Shown here piece after piece: positions 1-9,244 of a stretch of 64,000 nt of DNA. A program made the position numbers and the translations under genes. Under the pieces are notes generated by a model. It had not been told where the DNA came from, ran no database searches, and saw only the letters and a list, made by a program, of their open reading frames with translations. Where the stretch lies: contig OY970178.1 of NCBI GenBank assembly GCA_963707915.1, positions 2,464,001-2,528,000 of the forward strand, written 5' to 3'. Position 1 is the first letter of the stretch. Each line of letters begins with the position of its first letter. Source of the DNA: Candidatus Eiseniibacteriota bacterium. Its GTDB lineage: Bacteria > Eisenbacteria > RBG-16-71-46.

Positions 1-792
1 CGGGCGCAGCGCCGGCGGCGAGACCACGTAGCCGAGGCGCCAGCCGGTCATGGCGTAGGTCTTGGAGAACGAGTAGACGCTGACGGTGCGCGCGGACATG
101 CCGGACAGCGTCGCGATGCTCACGTGGGCGGCCCGGTCGAACAGGACGCTCTCGTAGGACTCGTCGCTCACCACCCACAGGTCGTGTTCGCGCGCCACCT
201 CGGCGATCGCCTCGAGCTGCTCGAGCGTGAGCACCGCGCCGGTCGGGTTGTTGGGGGTGTTGAGGTAGATGCCGCGGGTCTCGGGCCGCAGGCTGGTGCG
301 CAGCCGCGTGGCGAGTCCCTCGGGCGCGAGGCTGTCGTCCATGAGGTCGAGGTACGCCGGCACCGCGCGCCAGCGCGCGCCCTCGACCAGTCCGATCATG
401 CGCGGAAGCATCATCCAGTAGGGCGAGAGCAGCAGGATCTCGTCGCCGGGCGAGAGCAGCGCCTGGAAGACCAACGACAGCGCGTGCGTCGCGCCCACGG
501 TGATGACCACGTCCTCGGGGTGGCAGGAGATGCCGTTCTCGAGCGAGAGCTTCTCCGCCAGCGCCACGCGCAACGGCAGCACGCCGCCGGGATTGGCGTA
601 GTGGGTCTCGCCCGCGCGCGTGGCGGCGGCGAGCGCCTCGACGATGTGGGGCGGCGTCTCGAAGTCGGGCTCGCCGCGCTCCAGGTGCAGGATGTGCTGC
701 CCGGCGGCCTCGCGCACGGCTGCGGCGGCCATCACCTGGGCCAGGTCGGAAGGCGTGCGGAACACCTCGCGGTCGGCGACGAGCCGGGGCAT
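1..792 (-). CDS. PLP-dependent aminotransferase class I/II (aspartate aminotransferase-like), 3' end outside window
   Basis: Not in ORF track. Manual translation from ATG 792 (GGAGGA RBS upstream): MPRLVADREVF...HLERGEPDFETPPHIV, then YLNTPNNPTG, VSDESYE and the PLP-Lys motif YSFSKTYAMTGWRLGY. Confidence 0.92.
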   Translation of the reverse strand, partial: MPRLVADREVFRTPSDLAQVMAAAAVREAAGQHILHLERGEPDFETPPHIVEALAAATRAGETHYANPGGVLPLRVALAEKLSLENGISCHPEDVVITVGATHALSLVFQALLSPGDEILLLSPYWMMLPRMIGLVEGARWRAVPAYLDLMDDSLAPEGLATRLRTSLRPETRGIYLNTPNNPTGAVLTLEQLEAIAEVAREHDLWVVSDESYESVLFDRAAHVSIATLSGMSARTVSVYSFSKTYAMTGWRLGYVVSPPALRP

Positions 793-887
793 GGGGCCAT
801 TCCTCCGGGGGGAGCGCAAGTGGAGAACGGCGAGAATCTTAGCACGGGCGGCGCCCGGCGCCGCCGGGAACCCGCCGGGCCCGGCGG

Positions 888-902
888 CGGCACACGCTTT
901 GC
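888..902 (+). promoter_or_regulatory. putative sigma54 (-24/-12) promoter
   Basis: CGGCACACGCTTTGC: GG-N10-GC spacing, close to TGGCAC-N5-TTGC, about 50 nt upstream of the GAF-protein start. Confidence 0.6.
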
Positions 903-951
903 CTTTCCCGGGCGTCCTCTATCGACTGGCACCCTCCGGAGGGAATCACCC

Positions 952-2313
952 GTGTCCAAGTTCGACCTGCGCGACATCTCGGACCGTCTGACCGGGTCCC
1001 GGGACACCGAGGCCCTGGTCTACGAGTTCCTGGGCTATCTGCAAGCGGTACAACCGGATTGGCGCGCCTCGCTGGCGTTCTACGAGGTCAGCCGGGACGC
1101 CCTGGTCAGCGTCTACCACCGGGCGGGCCAGCGACTCGTCCGCCGGGACATCAACCTGCCGGTGGACGAGTTGCCCGCCCGGCTCGTGCGGAAGTTCTTC
1201 CACCCCAGTGCATTTTTCAATCCCGCCGAGCGCCGCAGCCTGCTGACCCACGTCTTCGGCAGCTCGCCGGCCTACGAACCCGACCCGCTCGAGGCCCCCG
1301 GATTGACCACCCTGACCGCCACCGATTTCTGGCACGCCTGCGTCTGCCTGCCGATGGCCGACGCCGAGGACGTGCTCGCGCTGCTGGTGATCGTGAGCGA
1401 GAAGCGCGGCGCCTTCGGCGGCAAGGCGGTCGCCGACCTCATCCCGGTCAAGAGCATGGCCGCGCTCGCGCTGTCCCAGCACCTCCACCGCGCGGGGCGC
1501 ACGCGCTCGACCGACCCGGCCGTGCCCGCGTCCGCCGCCGAGTTCCAGGACCGCATCCAGCAACTGCACGCGCGCAGCGAGAAGCTCGAGGCGGAGAACC
1601 AGACCAAGGCCCAGCAGCTCGAGGCGCTGACGCAGGAGATCGAGCATCTCGACAAGAGCTCGACCCAGTACCAGCAGGAACTGGACCGCGTGAAGACCGC
1701 GCTGTTCGCGCTCGAGGAACAGGCGGGGGCCGCGACCGAGCACCTGACCGACGCCTACTCCGAGCTGAACTCGACGCGCGCCACGGCCGCCGAGCTGAAG
1801 CGCACCGTGGGCTTCATGAAGGAGGTCTTCGAGCTGCTCTCGCAGGAGCACGACCCGGCCGCCCTGCCCGACACGCTGGTCCAGTGGCTCTGCGAGCAGT
1901 TCCAGATCGAGCGCTGCAGCATGATGCTGCTCGACGCGCAGAAGGAGACGCTCTCCATCGCCGCCCAGCGCGGCATCGACCCGAACGTGGCGGGCAAGGC
2001 GAAGATGCGGGTGGGGCAGGGCATCGCCGGCTGGGTCGCGCACAACCGCAAGCCGCTGTTCGTGCGGGTGCGCGACGAGGCCGATCCGGCGCCGCACACC
2101 GACCAGGACGCCTACAACTCGGATTCGTTCATCTGCGTGCCGGTCACCCACAACAGCCAGGTGTGCGGCGTGCTCAACCTGAGCAACAAGCGGGACGGCG
2201 AGGCCTTCGACGAGTTCGACCTCGACCGCGCGATGCTGGCGGGCTCGATCATCGCCATGACGCTGGCCAGCCAGGAGCAGGTGCGCCGCGCGGCCAGCAC
2301 GACCTGGGCCTAG
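952..2313 (+). CDS. GAF-domain / coiled-coil protein without output domain
   Basis: GTG 952 after GGAGGG. Long heptad-rich Q/E/L segment, then a C-terminal GAF (RVGQGIAGWVA...SFICVPV...GVLNLSNKRDGEAFDEFD). The N-terminal part is also GAF-like. Confidence 0.8.
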   Translation: MSKFDLRDISDRLTGSRDTEALVYEFLGYLQAVQPDWRASLAFYEVSRDALVSVYHRAGQRLVRRDINLPVDELPARLVRKFFHPSAFFNPAERRSLLTHVFGSSPAYEPDPLEAPGLTTLTATDFWHACVCLPMADAEDVLALLVIVSEKRGAFGGKAVADLIPVKSMAALALSQHLHRAGRTRSTDPAVPASAAEFQDRIQQLHARSEKLEAENQTKAQQLEALTQEIEHLDKSSTQYQQELDRVKTALFALEEQAGAATEHLTDAYSELNSTRATAAELKRTVGFMKEVFELLSQEHDPAALPDTLVQWLCEQFQIERCSMMLLDAQKETLSIAAQRGIDPNVAGKAKMRVGQGIAGWVAHNRKPLFVRVRDEADPAPHTDQDAYNSDSFICVPVTHNSQVCGVLNLSNKRDGEAFDEFDLDRAMLAGSIIAMTLASQEQVRRAASTTWA

Positions 2314-2409
2314 ACCCCCGCTCGCTCCCGCGGCAAGACCGCGGCCCGGCGCCATCCTGGTGCCGGGCCGCGTCGTTCGGGACGGGCTGGGTGCGCGCGA
2401 ATCCCTTCT

Positions 2410-2955
2410 CTACATGGCCTTCCGACCCGAGATCACGACGGCGTCGAGCTTGCTGATGGTCACCGTCATGTCGGTGACCGCGGTGGTGATGTTGACCTGG
2501 TCCAGGACCACTCTCAACTGGAGTTCCTTCCGCGTGAACAGCCGGGCCACGTCCGGGCCGCCGTCGGTGGTGACATCGACGATCGCGGGCTGCCCCGCGG
2601 CGAACGTCACGGGCACGTCCATGACCGGAGTGGTCGATGAGGTGCCCACCTCGCTCAGGTAGAGCTTGAACCGGCCGGAACCGGCACCGCTCACGACGGT
2701 CACGCTGCCGCCCAGCGAGAGCGTGACGGACTTGACCTCGGCCGCCTTGTCCAGCCCTTCGATCAGGTTGATGGGCATGTCCAGGATCGGCACCTGGCCC
2801 TCGACCCCGACCGCCGGCACGGACGGCACGTTGATGACCCGCTGCGCGGCGTCGAGGTAGCTCAACACGTCGACCTTGAGCACCAGGTTGTGGTCGCCGC
2901 AGCCGGCCAGGGCCAGCGCGGCCACCGCGATGACGACGAAAACACGCGTGCGCAT
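2410..2955 (-). CDS. hypothetical lipoprotein
   Basis: Signal peptide with lipobox LALAGC; beta-strand-rich mature part; RBS AGGAG. Confidence 0.8.
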   Translation of the reverse strand: MRTRVFVVIAVAALALAGCGDHNLVLKVDVLSYLDAAQRVINVPSVPAVGVEGQVPILDMPINLIEGLDKAAEVKSVTLSLGGSVTVVSGAGSGRFKLYLSEVGTSSTTPVMDVPVTFAAGQPAIVDVTTDGGPDVARLFTRKELQLRVVLDQVNITTAVTDMTVTISKLDAVVISGRKAM

Positions 2956-2963
2956 GGCTCCTC

Positions 2964-4265
2964 CTAGCGGTAGAACGCGAGCCCGGCCCCGAGCTCGAGG
3001 CCGCGTTCACGCGAGAGATTGCGACTGTTGCTGGCGACGGCGAGGTCCACGCCGAAGTTGCCGAGGCGCAGCCCGGTCCCCACGGAATACTGGATCAGTT
3101 CGTTCGCGTCGAGGCACGTGCCGGCCCGCAGCGCGATGCCCTTGCTCAGCCACGTCTCGGCGCCCAGGTGCCCCGTCGTCTCGTGGACGCCGCGCACGAC
3201 GTCGCCCGCGACCAGGAAGCGCCCCAGGCGCACCGCGGCGTTCGCCACCGCGGTGGTGGGCACCGTGCTCGTCCGGGAGACGTCCGGCGTCTTGACCTCG
3301 TCCTCGTCGTTCCGGGACACCGTCTTCTCCGTGGTCCAGTCGAAGGTCGTGCCGATGTCGTTGACGCCCAGGCCGACCTCGGCGCCCCCGGCCATCCAGA
3401 CCGCGCCCAGGTCGAGGCCACGGCCCATGCCGCCGCCCTCGGGGCCGGTGGTGTAGGTCGTGCTCTCGTAGTTGGCGTCCAGCGCCGCCGCGAACAGCGT
3501 GTCGCCGGTGGTGAAGGCCACCGAGTTCTCCACGCTCGCGTAGGCGAGGCCGCGCATCAGCTTCACGCGCGCGCCGGCGTAGAGCCCCATGCCCTTGCCG
3601 CGGGGATCGCCCACCTGCATCAGCGGCGCGGCCCAGCCCAGGTGCACGCCGGCCGCGGCCTGCCCCACGCCCTGGTCGCGCATCTCGTAGGCGGTGTGGG
3701 GGCGGAACTCCTCGCCGTTGATCGCGCCGCGCAGGTTGTCGTTGAAGGAGAGCTCGTTGTCGTAGTGGACCAGCGGAGCGGCGGAGAGGAAGAAGCGCTT
3801 GACGCCGAAGCCCAGCGCCGGGCCGTTGACGACCGCGCCCGTCCGGCTCTCGTCCTTGGGCAGGACGTTCCGCACCTCGCCCAGGTCCACCGCGAGGTGG
3901 TCCTTGCCGATCTCGATCGTGATGTCGTTGCCCGGCACGGCGGGCGGGGAGAGCTGCAGGTTCCAGGGCGGGTTGTAGAGCAGGTTCGCCAGCTCGTAGA
4001 CGTTGAAGTCGGCGTTGTCGGGATCGAATTCGGGCGGGTCGGCGAGGAGCTGGACCACGCCGATCGGCAGCGGCAGCACGCTGCACGAGTTGGGGGCCCT
4101 CGGAACGGCCCGGTAGGCCACGTTCGCCCCCGAGCTGCCGGCTCCGCCGCCGGCCAGAATCACACCGCCCATGGCCATGCGCCTTGCGCTGAAGGTCTGG
4201 GCTTCGGCCACCCCACCACCCAACAGGGCGACCAGCAGGAAGAGCGGCAACACACGACGGAACAT
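2964..4265 (-). CDS. putative outer-membrane beta-barrel protein (FadL/PorV/TraF-like)
   Basis: Start refined to MFRRVLPLFLL (AAGGAG RBS). Signal peptide, SARRMAMGG N-terminal motif, alternating amphipathic strands, aromatic C-terminus GAGLAFYR. Confidence 0.65.
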   Translation of the reverse strand: MFRRVLPLFLLVALLGGGVAEAQTFSARRMAMGGVILAGGGAGSSGANVAYRAVPRAPNSCSVLPLPIGVVQLLADPPEFDPDNADFNVYELANLLYNPPWNLQLSPPAVPGNDITIEIGKDHLAVDLGEVRNVLPKDESRTGAVVNGPALGFGVKRFFLSAAPLVHYDNELSFNDNLRGAINGEEFRPHTAYEMRDQGVGQAAAGVHLGWAAPLMQVGDPRGKGMGLYAGARVKLMRGLAYASVENSVAFTTGDTLFAAALDANYESTTYTTGPEGGGMGRGLDLGAVWMAGGAEVGLGVNDIGTTFDWTTEKTVSRNDEDEVKTPDVSRTSTVPTTAVANAAVRLGRFLVAGDVVRGVHETTGHLGAETWLSKGIALRAGTCLDANELIQYSVGTGLRLGNFGVDLAVASNSRNLSRERGLELGAGLAFYR

Positions 4266-4411
4266 GCGCTTGAACTCCTTGGATAGGGTGGTCCCGGGGC
4301 CAATCCAGCGTTCAACCGGCAGCGGAGACAGCAAGGACCAGTCCAACGCGCAGGAGCCTCCGCCGCCCCGCGGCACGGGCGGACTGCCGGGCCGCGCCCG
4401 GCCGGTCCAGG

Positions 4412-4918
4412 CTAGTGCCGTCCGAAATGGTCCTTCAGCGCCTGGCGGTGCGCGGCGAACGCGATCGCCTTCGGGAGGCGGGCGCGCGGGAACCACCGGG
4501 CCTCCAGCGCGTCGTCGCCCGCGCGCAGCCGCCCGCCCGCACGCTCGGCGGAGTAGAGGATGAGCACGGCGCGGGCGCGCGGATCGTCCATGCCGGCGTA
4601 GACCCCGAAGAGACCGGTGAGCCGGACCACCAGGCCGGTCTCCTCTTCGACCTCGCGCACCGCGCAGTGCTCCGGGGTCTCGCCGGATTCCATGAAGCCC
4701 GCCGGCAGGCACCACGCCCCGGCGCGCGGCGCGTACCTGCGCTTCACCATGAGCACCTCGCCCGCGCGCTCGAGGATCACGCCCGCCGCGGGCACCGGGT
4801 TGTGGTAGTGGACCCAGCCGCACAGCGGGCAGGTCGGGCGCGCGTGGCCGTGGTCGTCGAGCTTCTCGAGCGGGGTGGCACAGCACGGGCAGTAGCGGAA
4901 CGGCAGGCGCTTCGGCAT
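4412..4918 (-). CDS. NUDIX hydrolase with N-terminal zinc ribbon
   Basis: CPCC...CPLC zinc ribbon; Nudix box GFMESGETPEHCAVREVEEETG. Confidence 0.92.
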   Translation of the reverse strand: MPKRLPFRYCPCCATPLEKLDDHGHARPTCPLCGWVHYHNPVPAAGVILERAGEVLMVKRRYAPRAGAWCLPAGFMESGETPEHCAVREVEEETGLVVRLTGLFGVYAGMDDPRARAVLILYSAERAGGRLRAGDDALEARWFPRARLPKAIAFAAHRQALKDHFGRH

Positions 4919-4959
4919 GGGAGGACGACACTACGCGCCGCCCGACGCTCCCCGCAACC

Positions 4960-4994
4960 AAGGAAGAAGACCCGGCCGCTGTTCTGGCCGGGTC
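4960..4994 (-). terminator. probable intrinsic terminator downstream of the PDZ-protein gene
   Basis: 9-bp inverted repeat GACCCGGCC/GGCCGGGTC followed on the minus strand by TTCTTCCTT. Confidence 0.55.
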
Positions 4995-5124
4995 CCTCCG
5001 GCGCAACCGGTTCGGGACGTCGCGCTGCACCTTCCCGCTCGATCAGACACCCCGTCTGACGCCTTCTCGAGGATGCGGGTCGGATCGATCGTCCTTCCGT
5101 GTCGCGCTCGCTGTTCGGCGCCGG

Positions 5125-6249
5125 CTAGTCCTTGCCGGCGTCCTGCCGCGGTTCGTCGAGCCGCTGCCGCAGCTCTTCCAACCGCTCCTTCAGTTGGTCC
5201 AGCTCGTGTCGCAGATCGCTGCGGTCCGTCCCCCGCAGGATGATCCGCTTCTGGACCCCGGGGCGGTCCCCGAGCTCATCTCCGAAGACCCGGATGCTGG
5301 TTGGCTCGGTCCTCTCGAGTTCCGCCTCGATGGTGCGCGGCGTGCCGTGACGAACGACCCGCAGCGCGACCCTGCCATCCTTACCCCGCAAGGCGGCCAC
5401 GAGGTCCGTCCCTTCCGCCACGGTCTCCTGGTCGACCCCGGTGACGACATCTCCCGCCTCGAGGCCGGCCCGTGCGGCCGGGGTGTCCTTCAGGACCTCG
5501 AGCACCAGCACCCCCTTGCCATCCTTGAGCCCGAAGTATTCACCCAGCTTGGGGTTGAGCGATTCGATGCGCACCCCGAGCCGCCCGCGGGGCGCCATGC
5601 CCATGGCGCCGAGGGCGCCCCCCGAAAGGTCGAGTCCCTGGAGCCCTTCGAGCCCCTTGAGCTCGTCGAGCTTCTCGAGATCCTTCAGGCCGTCGGGGCC
5701 GCGGACGACGATCCGCTTCACGCGCCGCTGTCCGTCCGGCGACGGGAGCGCGTGCCCGTGCGGGTTCACCAGCACGTGCGGAGATTCGGGGGCTTCGGGC
5801 GCTTCGGGCGCTTCGGGCGCCTCGGGGGCCTCGGGGGCCTCGGGCGCTTCCTCGCGGTACCTCTCCTCGTCGGGGCGGGCGGCCGGCCACACCGAGACGA
5901 TGCGCCGCTCGCCGTCGCGGAAGACCTCGACCGACAGGCTCCGGCCCACCCGGCCCGCGCGGACGATCTCCTGCAGCCGGGCGGGCGAATCCACCGTGCG
6001 CGAGTCGACGCGCACGATCACGTCGCCCTGCCGCAGTCCGGCCCGGTCCGCGGGACCGTCCGCGACGACGCGGCTCAGGAGCACGCCGCCGTCCCCCCGG
6101 TAGCCCAGCCCCTCGCGCAGCTCGGGCGTGAGCTGCTGCATGTAGACTCCCAGCCACGGGGTCTGCTCGACAGCGGCGCGGGCGTGATCCGCTCCCGCGA
6201 GCCCGACGACGAGCAGCAACCCCGTGATCAGCGCGGTGTTCTTTCGCAT
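5125..6249 (-). CDS. secreted tandem-PDZ protein with APE repeat linker and C-terminal coiled coil
   Basis: Signal peptide; two PDZ domains (WLGV...GPADRAGLRQGDVIV; RLGV...TPAARAGLEAGDVV); no trypsin domain visible. Confidence 0.85.
   Translation of the reverse strand: MRKNTALITGLLLVVGLAGADHARAAVEQTPWLGVYMQQLTPELREGLGYRGDGGVLLSRVVADGPADRAGLRQGDVIVRVDSRTVDSPARLQEIVRAGRVGRSLSVEVFRDGERRIVSVWPAARPDEERYREEAPEAPEAPEAPEAPEAPEAPESPHVLVNPHGHALPSPDGQRRVKRIVVRGPDGLKDLEKLDELKGLEGLQGLDLSGGALGAMGMAPRGRLGVRIESLNPKLGEYFGLKDGKGVLVLEVLKDTPAARAGLEAGDVVTGVDQETVAEGTDLVAALRGKDGRVALRVVRHGTPRTIEAELERTEPTSIRVFGDELGDRPGVQKRIILRGTDRSDLRHELDQLKERLEELRQRLDEPRQDAGKD
5785..5847 (-). repeat. 9-bp in-frame tandem repeat x7 encoding (APE)7
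   Basis: Consecutive units YTCGGGSGC on the + strand; protein reads EAPEAPEAPEAPEAPEAPEAPES. Confidence 0.9.
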
Positions 6250-6390
6250 GGCTTTCCTCCTGTGCTAGCGTCCCAGCCCGGACGACCCGATAGCCCGCGC
6301 CTGCGAGCGCGATCGTCCCGGCATCGGCGGGGTCGTTCGACCGGCCGCCTGTTCGGCGCGTCGGCAGGTCGGACGACCGCTGTCACCCAG

Positions 6391-6420
6391 TCTGACACGG
6401 CGAACCGGCGAATCGTTGCC
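6391..6420 (-). promoter_or_regulatory. possible ECF/sigmaE-type promoter for the PDZ gene
   Basis: Minus strand GCAACGA-N16-GTCAGA resembles GGAACTT-N16-GTCnnA. Confidence 0.35.
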
Positions 6421-6459
6421 AATACCCTCCCACCGCGGATTCTCCCGCGCCCCGACGCG

Positions 6460-7875
6460 ATGAAGGTCAATGAAGTGTTAGAACTCGACGTCGCGGACGT
6501 CGTGCTGGGCGGAAAGGCCCTCGCCCGGCACGAGGGCCGCGCCGTGTTCGTCGACCGCGGCCTGCCCGGCGACCGCGTGCGGGCGCGCGTGACCCGCGTC
6601 AAGCGCGCGTGGGCCGAGGCGCGGCTCGAGCACGTCGTGTCGTCGTCGGCGCCGCGGGTCGACGCCGCGTGCCCGCATTTCGTCTCGGGAGTCTGCGGCG
6701 GCTGCCGCTTCCAGGACCTGCGCTACGAGGAGCAACTCGCCCTCAAGGAGCGCCAGGTGCGCGAGACCCTCGTGCACCTCGGCGGCATCCCCGCGCCGCG
6801 GGTGCGGCCCATCCACCCCGCGCCCGCGACCCGCGGCTACCGCAACAAGATGGAGTTCAGCTTCGCCCCCGCCGCCGACGGGACCGCCGTGCTCGGCTTG
6901 CACGAGCGCGGCACCTTCGAGGGCGTCTTCGCGCTCGAGACCTGCATCCTGCCCAGCGCGCTGACGCTCGAGGTCGTGCGCCTGACGCAGCGCTTCGCGC
7001 GCGAGCACCGCTGGCGCGCCTACCATCCGCGGCGCCACGACGGCGTGGTGCGCTACCTCACCGTGCGGCACCTCCCGCACACCGGGCAGTGCGGCGTGCA
7101 CCTGGTCGCCGCGTCGGAGGACGTGCCCGGTCTCGCGGAGTGGGCGCGGCAGGTGGCCGCGCTCTCGGACGAGGTGCGCACCGTGACGCTGCTGCTCAAC
7201 CGCTCGCGCTCGAACGTCGCGTTCGGCGAGGAGGAACGCGCGCTGAGCGGCGAGGGCGCGATCGTCGAGCGGCTGCTCGGGCTCGAGTTCGAGGCCACCG
7301 CCAGCACCTTCCTGCAGACCAACAGCCGCCAGGCCGAGGCGCTCTACGCCGCCGCCGTCGAGGCCGCCGCGCCCCGGCCGCACGAGACCGTGCTCGACCT
7401 GTACTGCGGCACCGGCACGCTCACGCTGCTGATGGCGCGCGCCGCCGGCGCCGCCGTGGGCGTCGAGTCGGTGGGCGAGGCGATCGAGCGGGCGCGCCGC
7501 AACGCGCGCCGCAACGGCGTCGGCAACGCGCACTTCTTCACCGGCGAGGCGCGCCCCGTGATGCGCGAGTGGGCGCGCGGCGACCGCCCCGCGCCCTGGT
7601 CGGCGGAGAGCGCGGCGACGCGCGCCGCCGGCACGCCCGGGCCGCACGTCGTGGTGGTGGATCCGCCGCGCGCCGGGCTGCACCCGCGCGTCGTCTTCCG
7701 CGTCGCCGAGCTGGCGCCCGAGCGCATCGTCTACGTCTCGTGCAATCCCGCCACGCTGGCGCGCGACCTCAAGGACTTCGCCCAGTACGGCTGGAGCCTG
7801 GCCGAGGCCACGCCCTTCGACATGTTCCCGCACACCCCGCACATCGAGTGCGTGGCGCGGCTGGTGAAGGGGTAG
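6460..7875 (+). CDS. rlmD: 23S rRNA (uracil-5)-methyltransferase
   Basis: TRAM domain, CPHF..CGGC Fe-S motif, YRNKMEF, FLQTN, LDLYCGTG, VDPPRAG, YVSCNPATLARD, DMFPHTPHIEC. Start refined to ATG 6460. Confidence 0.93.
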   Translation: MKVNEVLELDVADVVLGGKALARHEGRAVFVDRGLPGDRVRARVTRVKRAWAEARLEHVVSSSAPRVDAACPHFVSGVCGGCRFQDLRYEEQLALKERQVRETLVHLGGIPAPRVRPIHPAPATRGYRNKMEFSFAPAADGTAVLGLHERGTFEGVFALETCILPSALTLEVVRLTQRFAREHRWRAYHPRRHDGVVRYLTVRHLPHTGQCGVHLVAASEDVPGLAEWARQVAALSDEVRTVTLLLNRSRSNVAFGEEERALSGEGAIVERLLGLEFEATASTFLQTNSRQAEALYAAAVEAAAPRPHETVLDLYCGTGTLTLLMARAAGAAVGVESVGEAIERARRNARRNGVGNAHFFTGEARPVMREWARGDRPAPWSAESAATRAAGTPGPHVVVVDPPRAGLHPRVVFRVAELAPERIVYVSCNPATLARDLKDFAQYGWSLAEATPFDMFPHTPHIECVARLVKG

Positions 7876-8062
7876 GCGGGGGGCCTTCCCGGGCACGCAC
7901 CACCGGGTCCCCGGGCTTCGAGCCGGGGATGGATGGCTTCGTTCGCGGATCCGAGTTGCGGCCCGGTCTCGAGTCGCGGCGTCCACGGACCGCCGACCGG
8001 CCGTGATCGAACGGCGGGTCGTGCCATCCACCCCGGTGACCGGCGATCGGGCCCCGCTTCGG

Positions 8063-8290
8063 TCAGGCTGCCGACTTGCTCCTCAGCGAATGGCTGATCT
8101 CCCGCAGGAGCAGCGCGATCACGAAGAGCAGGCCGATCGCCGCGAGCTCGAGCAGCCGGCCGGCTGCGATGGAGTTCCGCAGGACGGTCTGGCCCGTCAG
8201 GTTCGCGAGCTTCTCCCACACGGCGAAGCCCGCCAGGACGAAGGACACGACGAACAGGATCCGGCAGATCAGGCTCCCGAGCGTCTTCAT
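8063..8290 (-). CDS. small two-TM membrane protein (75 aa)
   Basis: MKTLGSLICRILFVVSF... with GGAGG RBS; two hydrophobic helices. Confidence 0.7.
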   Translation of the reverse strand: MKTLGSLICRILFVVSFVLAGFAVWEKLANLTGQTVLRNSIAAGRLLELAAIGLLFVIALLLREISHSLRSKSAA

Positions 8291-8301
8291 GACGGCACCT
8301 C

Positions 8302-8601
8302 CTACTTCCGGTTGATCGCGTGGGCGTTGAGGATCTCGTGGGAGCGCAGGCTGACGACCGCGTACCGGACGGTGCCGTCGGTCCCCTGGAACCAGAGCTG
8401 CGCGAGATCCGGGTACTCGGCCACGCTCGAGACCGAGACCAGGTTGCCCCACTCCGCCGGCACGCTGGCGCGGGACGCCAGCACCTCGCTGGGGATCCCG
8501 CCCGGGGCCTGTGTCGGAGTCGAGATCTTGGCGCACGACACGACGGACAGGGCCACGATCACGAGGACGAGGGTCCCCGCGACACGGACACGACCTGACA
8601 T
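8302..8601 (-). CDS. small lipoprotein (99 aa)
   Basis: ATG 8601 after AAAGGAGGAG; hydrophobic signal ending VVSC. Confidence 0.7.
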   Translation of the reverse strand: MSGRVRVAGTLVLVIVALSVVSCAKISTPTQAPGGIPSEVLASRASVPAEWGNLVSVSSVAEYPDLAQLWFQGTDGTVRYAVVSLRSHEILNAHAINRK

Positions 8602-8805
8602 CGCACTCCTCCTTTCGCGAGCGAATGCATCCCGCTCCGCCGCGGGCCGATCGGGCCCGGGCGCCGGGACAAGGAGGAGTCGGTCGAGGATGCGAAGGAA
8701 CGCGAGATCCCTTGCCCTGGGAACGTCGGTGCCCTCTACCGGAGGCGCGGCGCAGCGAGATCGCATGGGCCCCGCGCGGCCCCCTCGAGGGCCGCCGGGC
8801 GCACG

Positions 8806-8820
8806 GCATGCGCAGGGCCA
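8806..8820 (-). promoter_or_regulatory. possible sigma54 promoter
   Basis: Minus strand TGGCCCTGCGCATGC, GG-N10-GC; -12 element is ATGC rather than TTGC. Confidence 0.35.
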
Positions 8821-8928
8821 TGCTAGCCACGGGGGATGGCCGCGTCCACCGAAATCGCCCGGGCCCCTTCGGCCATCGTGATGCGCCCCGGCGGGCCTGC
8901 CGTCGCGCCGGAGCGGCCCCGGCCCGCG

Positions 8929-9228
8929 TCAGCCCAGCTTCGACTCCACGCTGCGGACCTTGTCCTCGAGCGTCTGGTCGCGGTCGGTGCGCGTGCCCAC
9001 CTGGAGGGTGGTCGTGACGCGCGGCGCGCCCATCGCGTGCAGCGTCTCGTGGCAGCGCCGGAGCGCGGCGAAGACCACGTCCCACTCGCCCTCGACGTTC
9101 GTGCCGTTGGCGTGCAGCTGCGGGCGCAGGCCGGCCTCGGCGAGGATCCGCTCGCAGGCGGCGACGTAGGGCGACAGCGACACGCCGACCCCGAGCGGCA
9201 CGACCGTGAGACCGGCCAGGACCTTCAT
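8929..9228 (-). CDS. MTH1187/YkoF family thiamine-binding protein
   Basis: VVPLGVGVSLSPYVAAC...LHANGTNVEGEWD...PRV...GTRTDR, typical of this family. Confidence 0.88.
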   Translation of the reverse strand: MKVLAGLTVVPLGVGVSLSPYVAACERILAEAGLRPQLHANGTNVEGEWDVVFAALRRCHETLHAMGAPRVTTTLQVGTRTDRDQTLEDKVRSVESKLG

Positions 9229-9244
9229 GACCCTCCCGTCCGCA

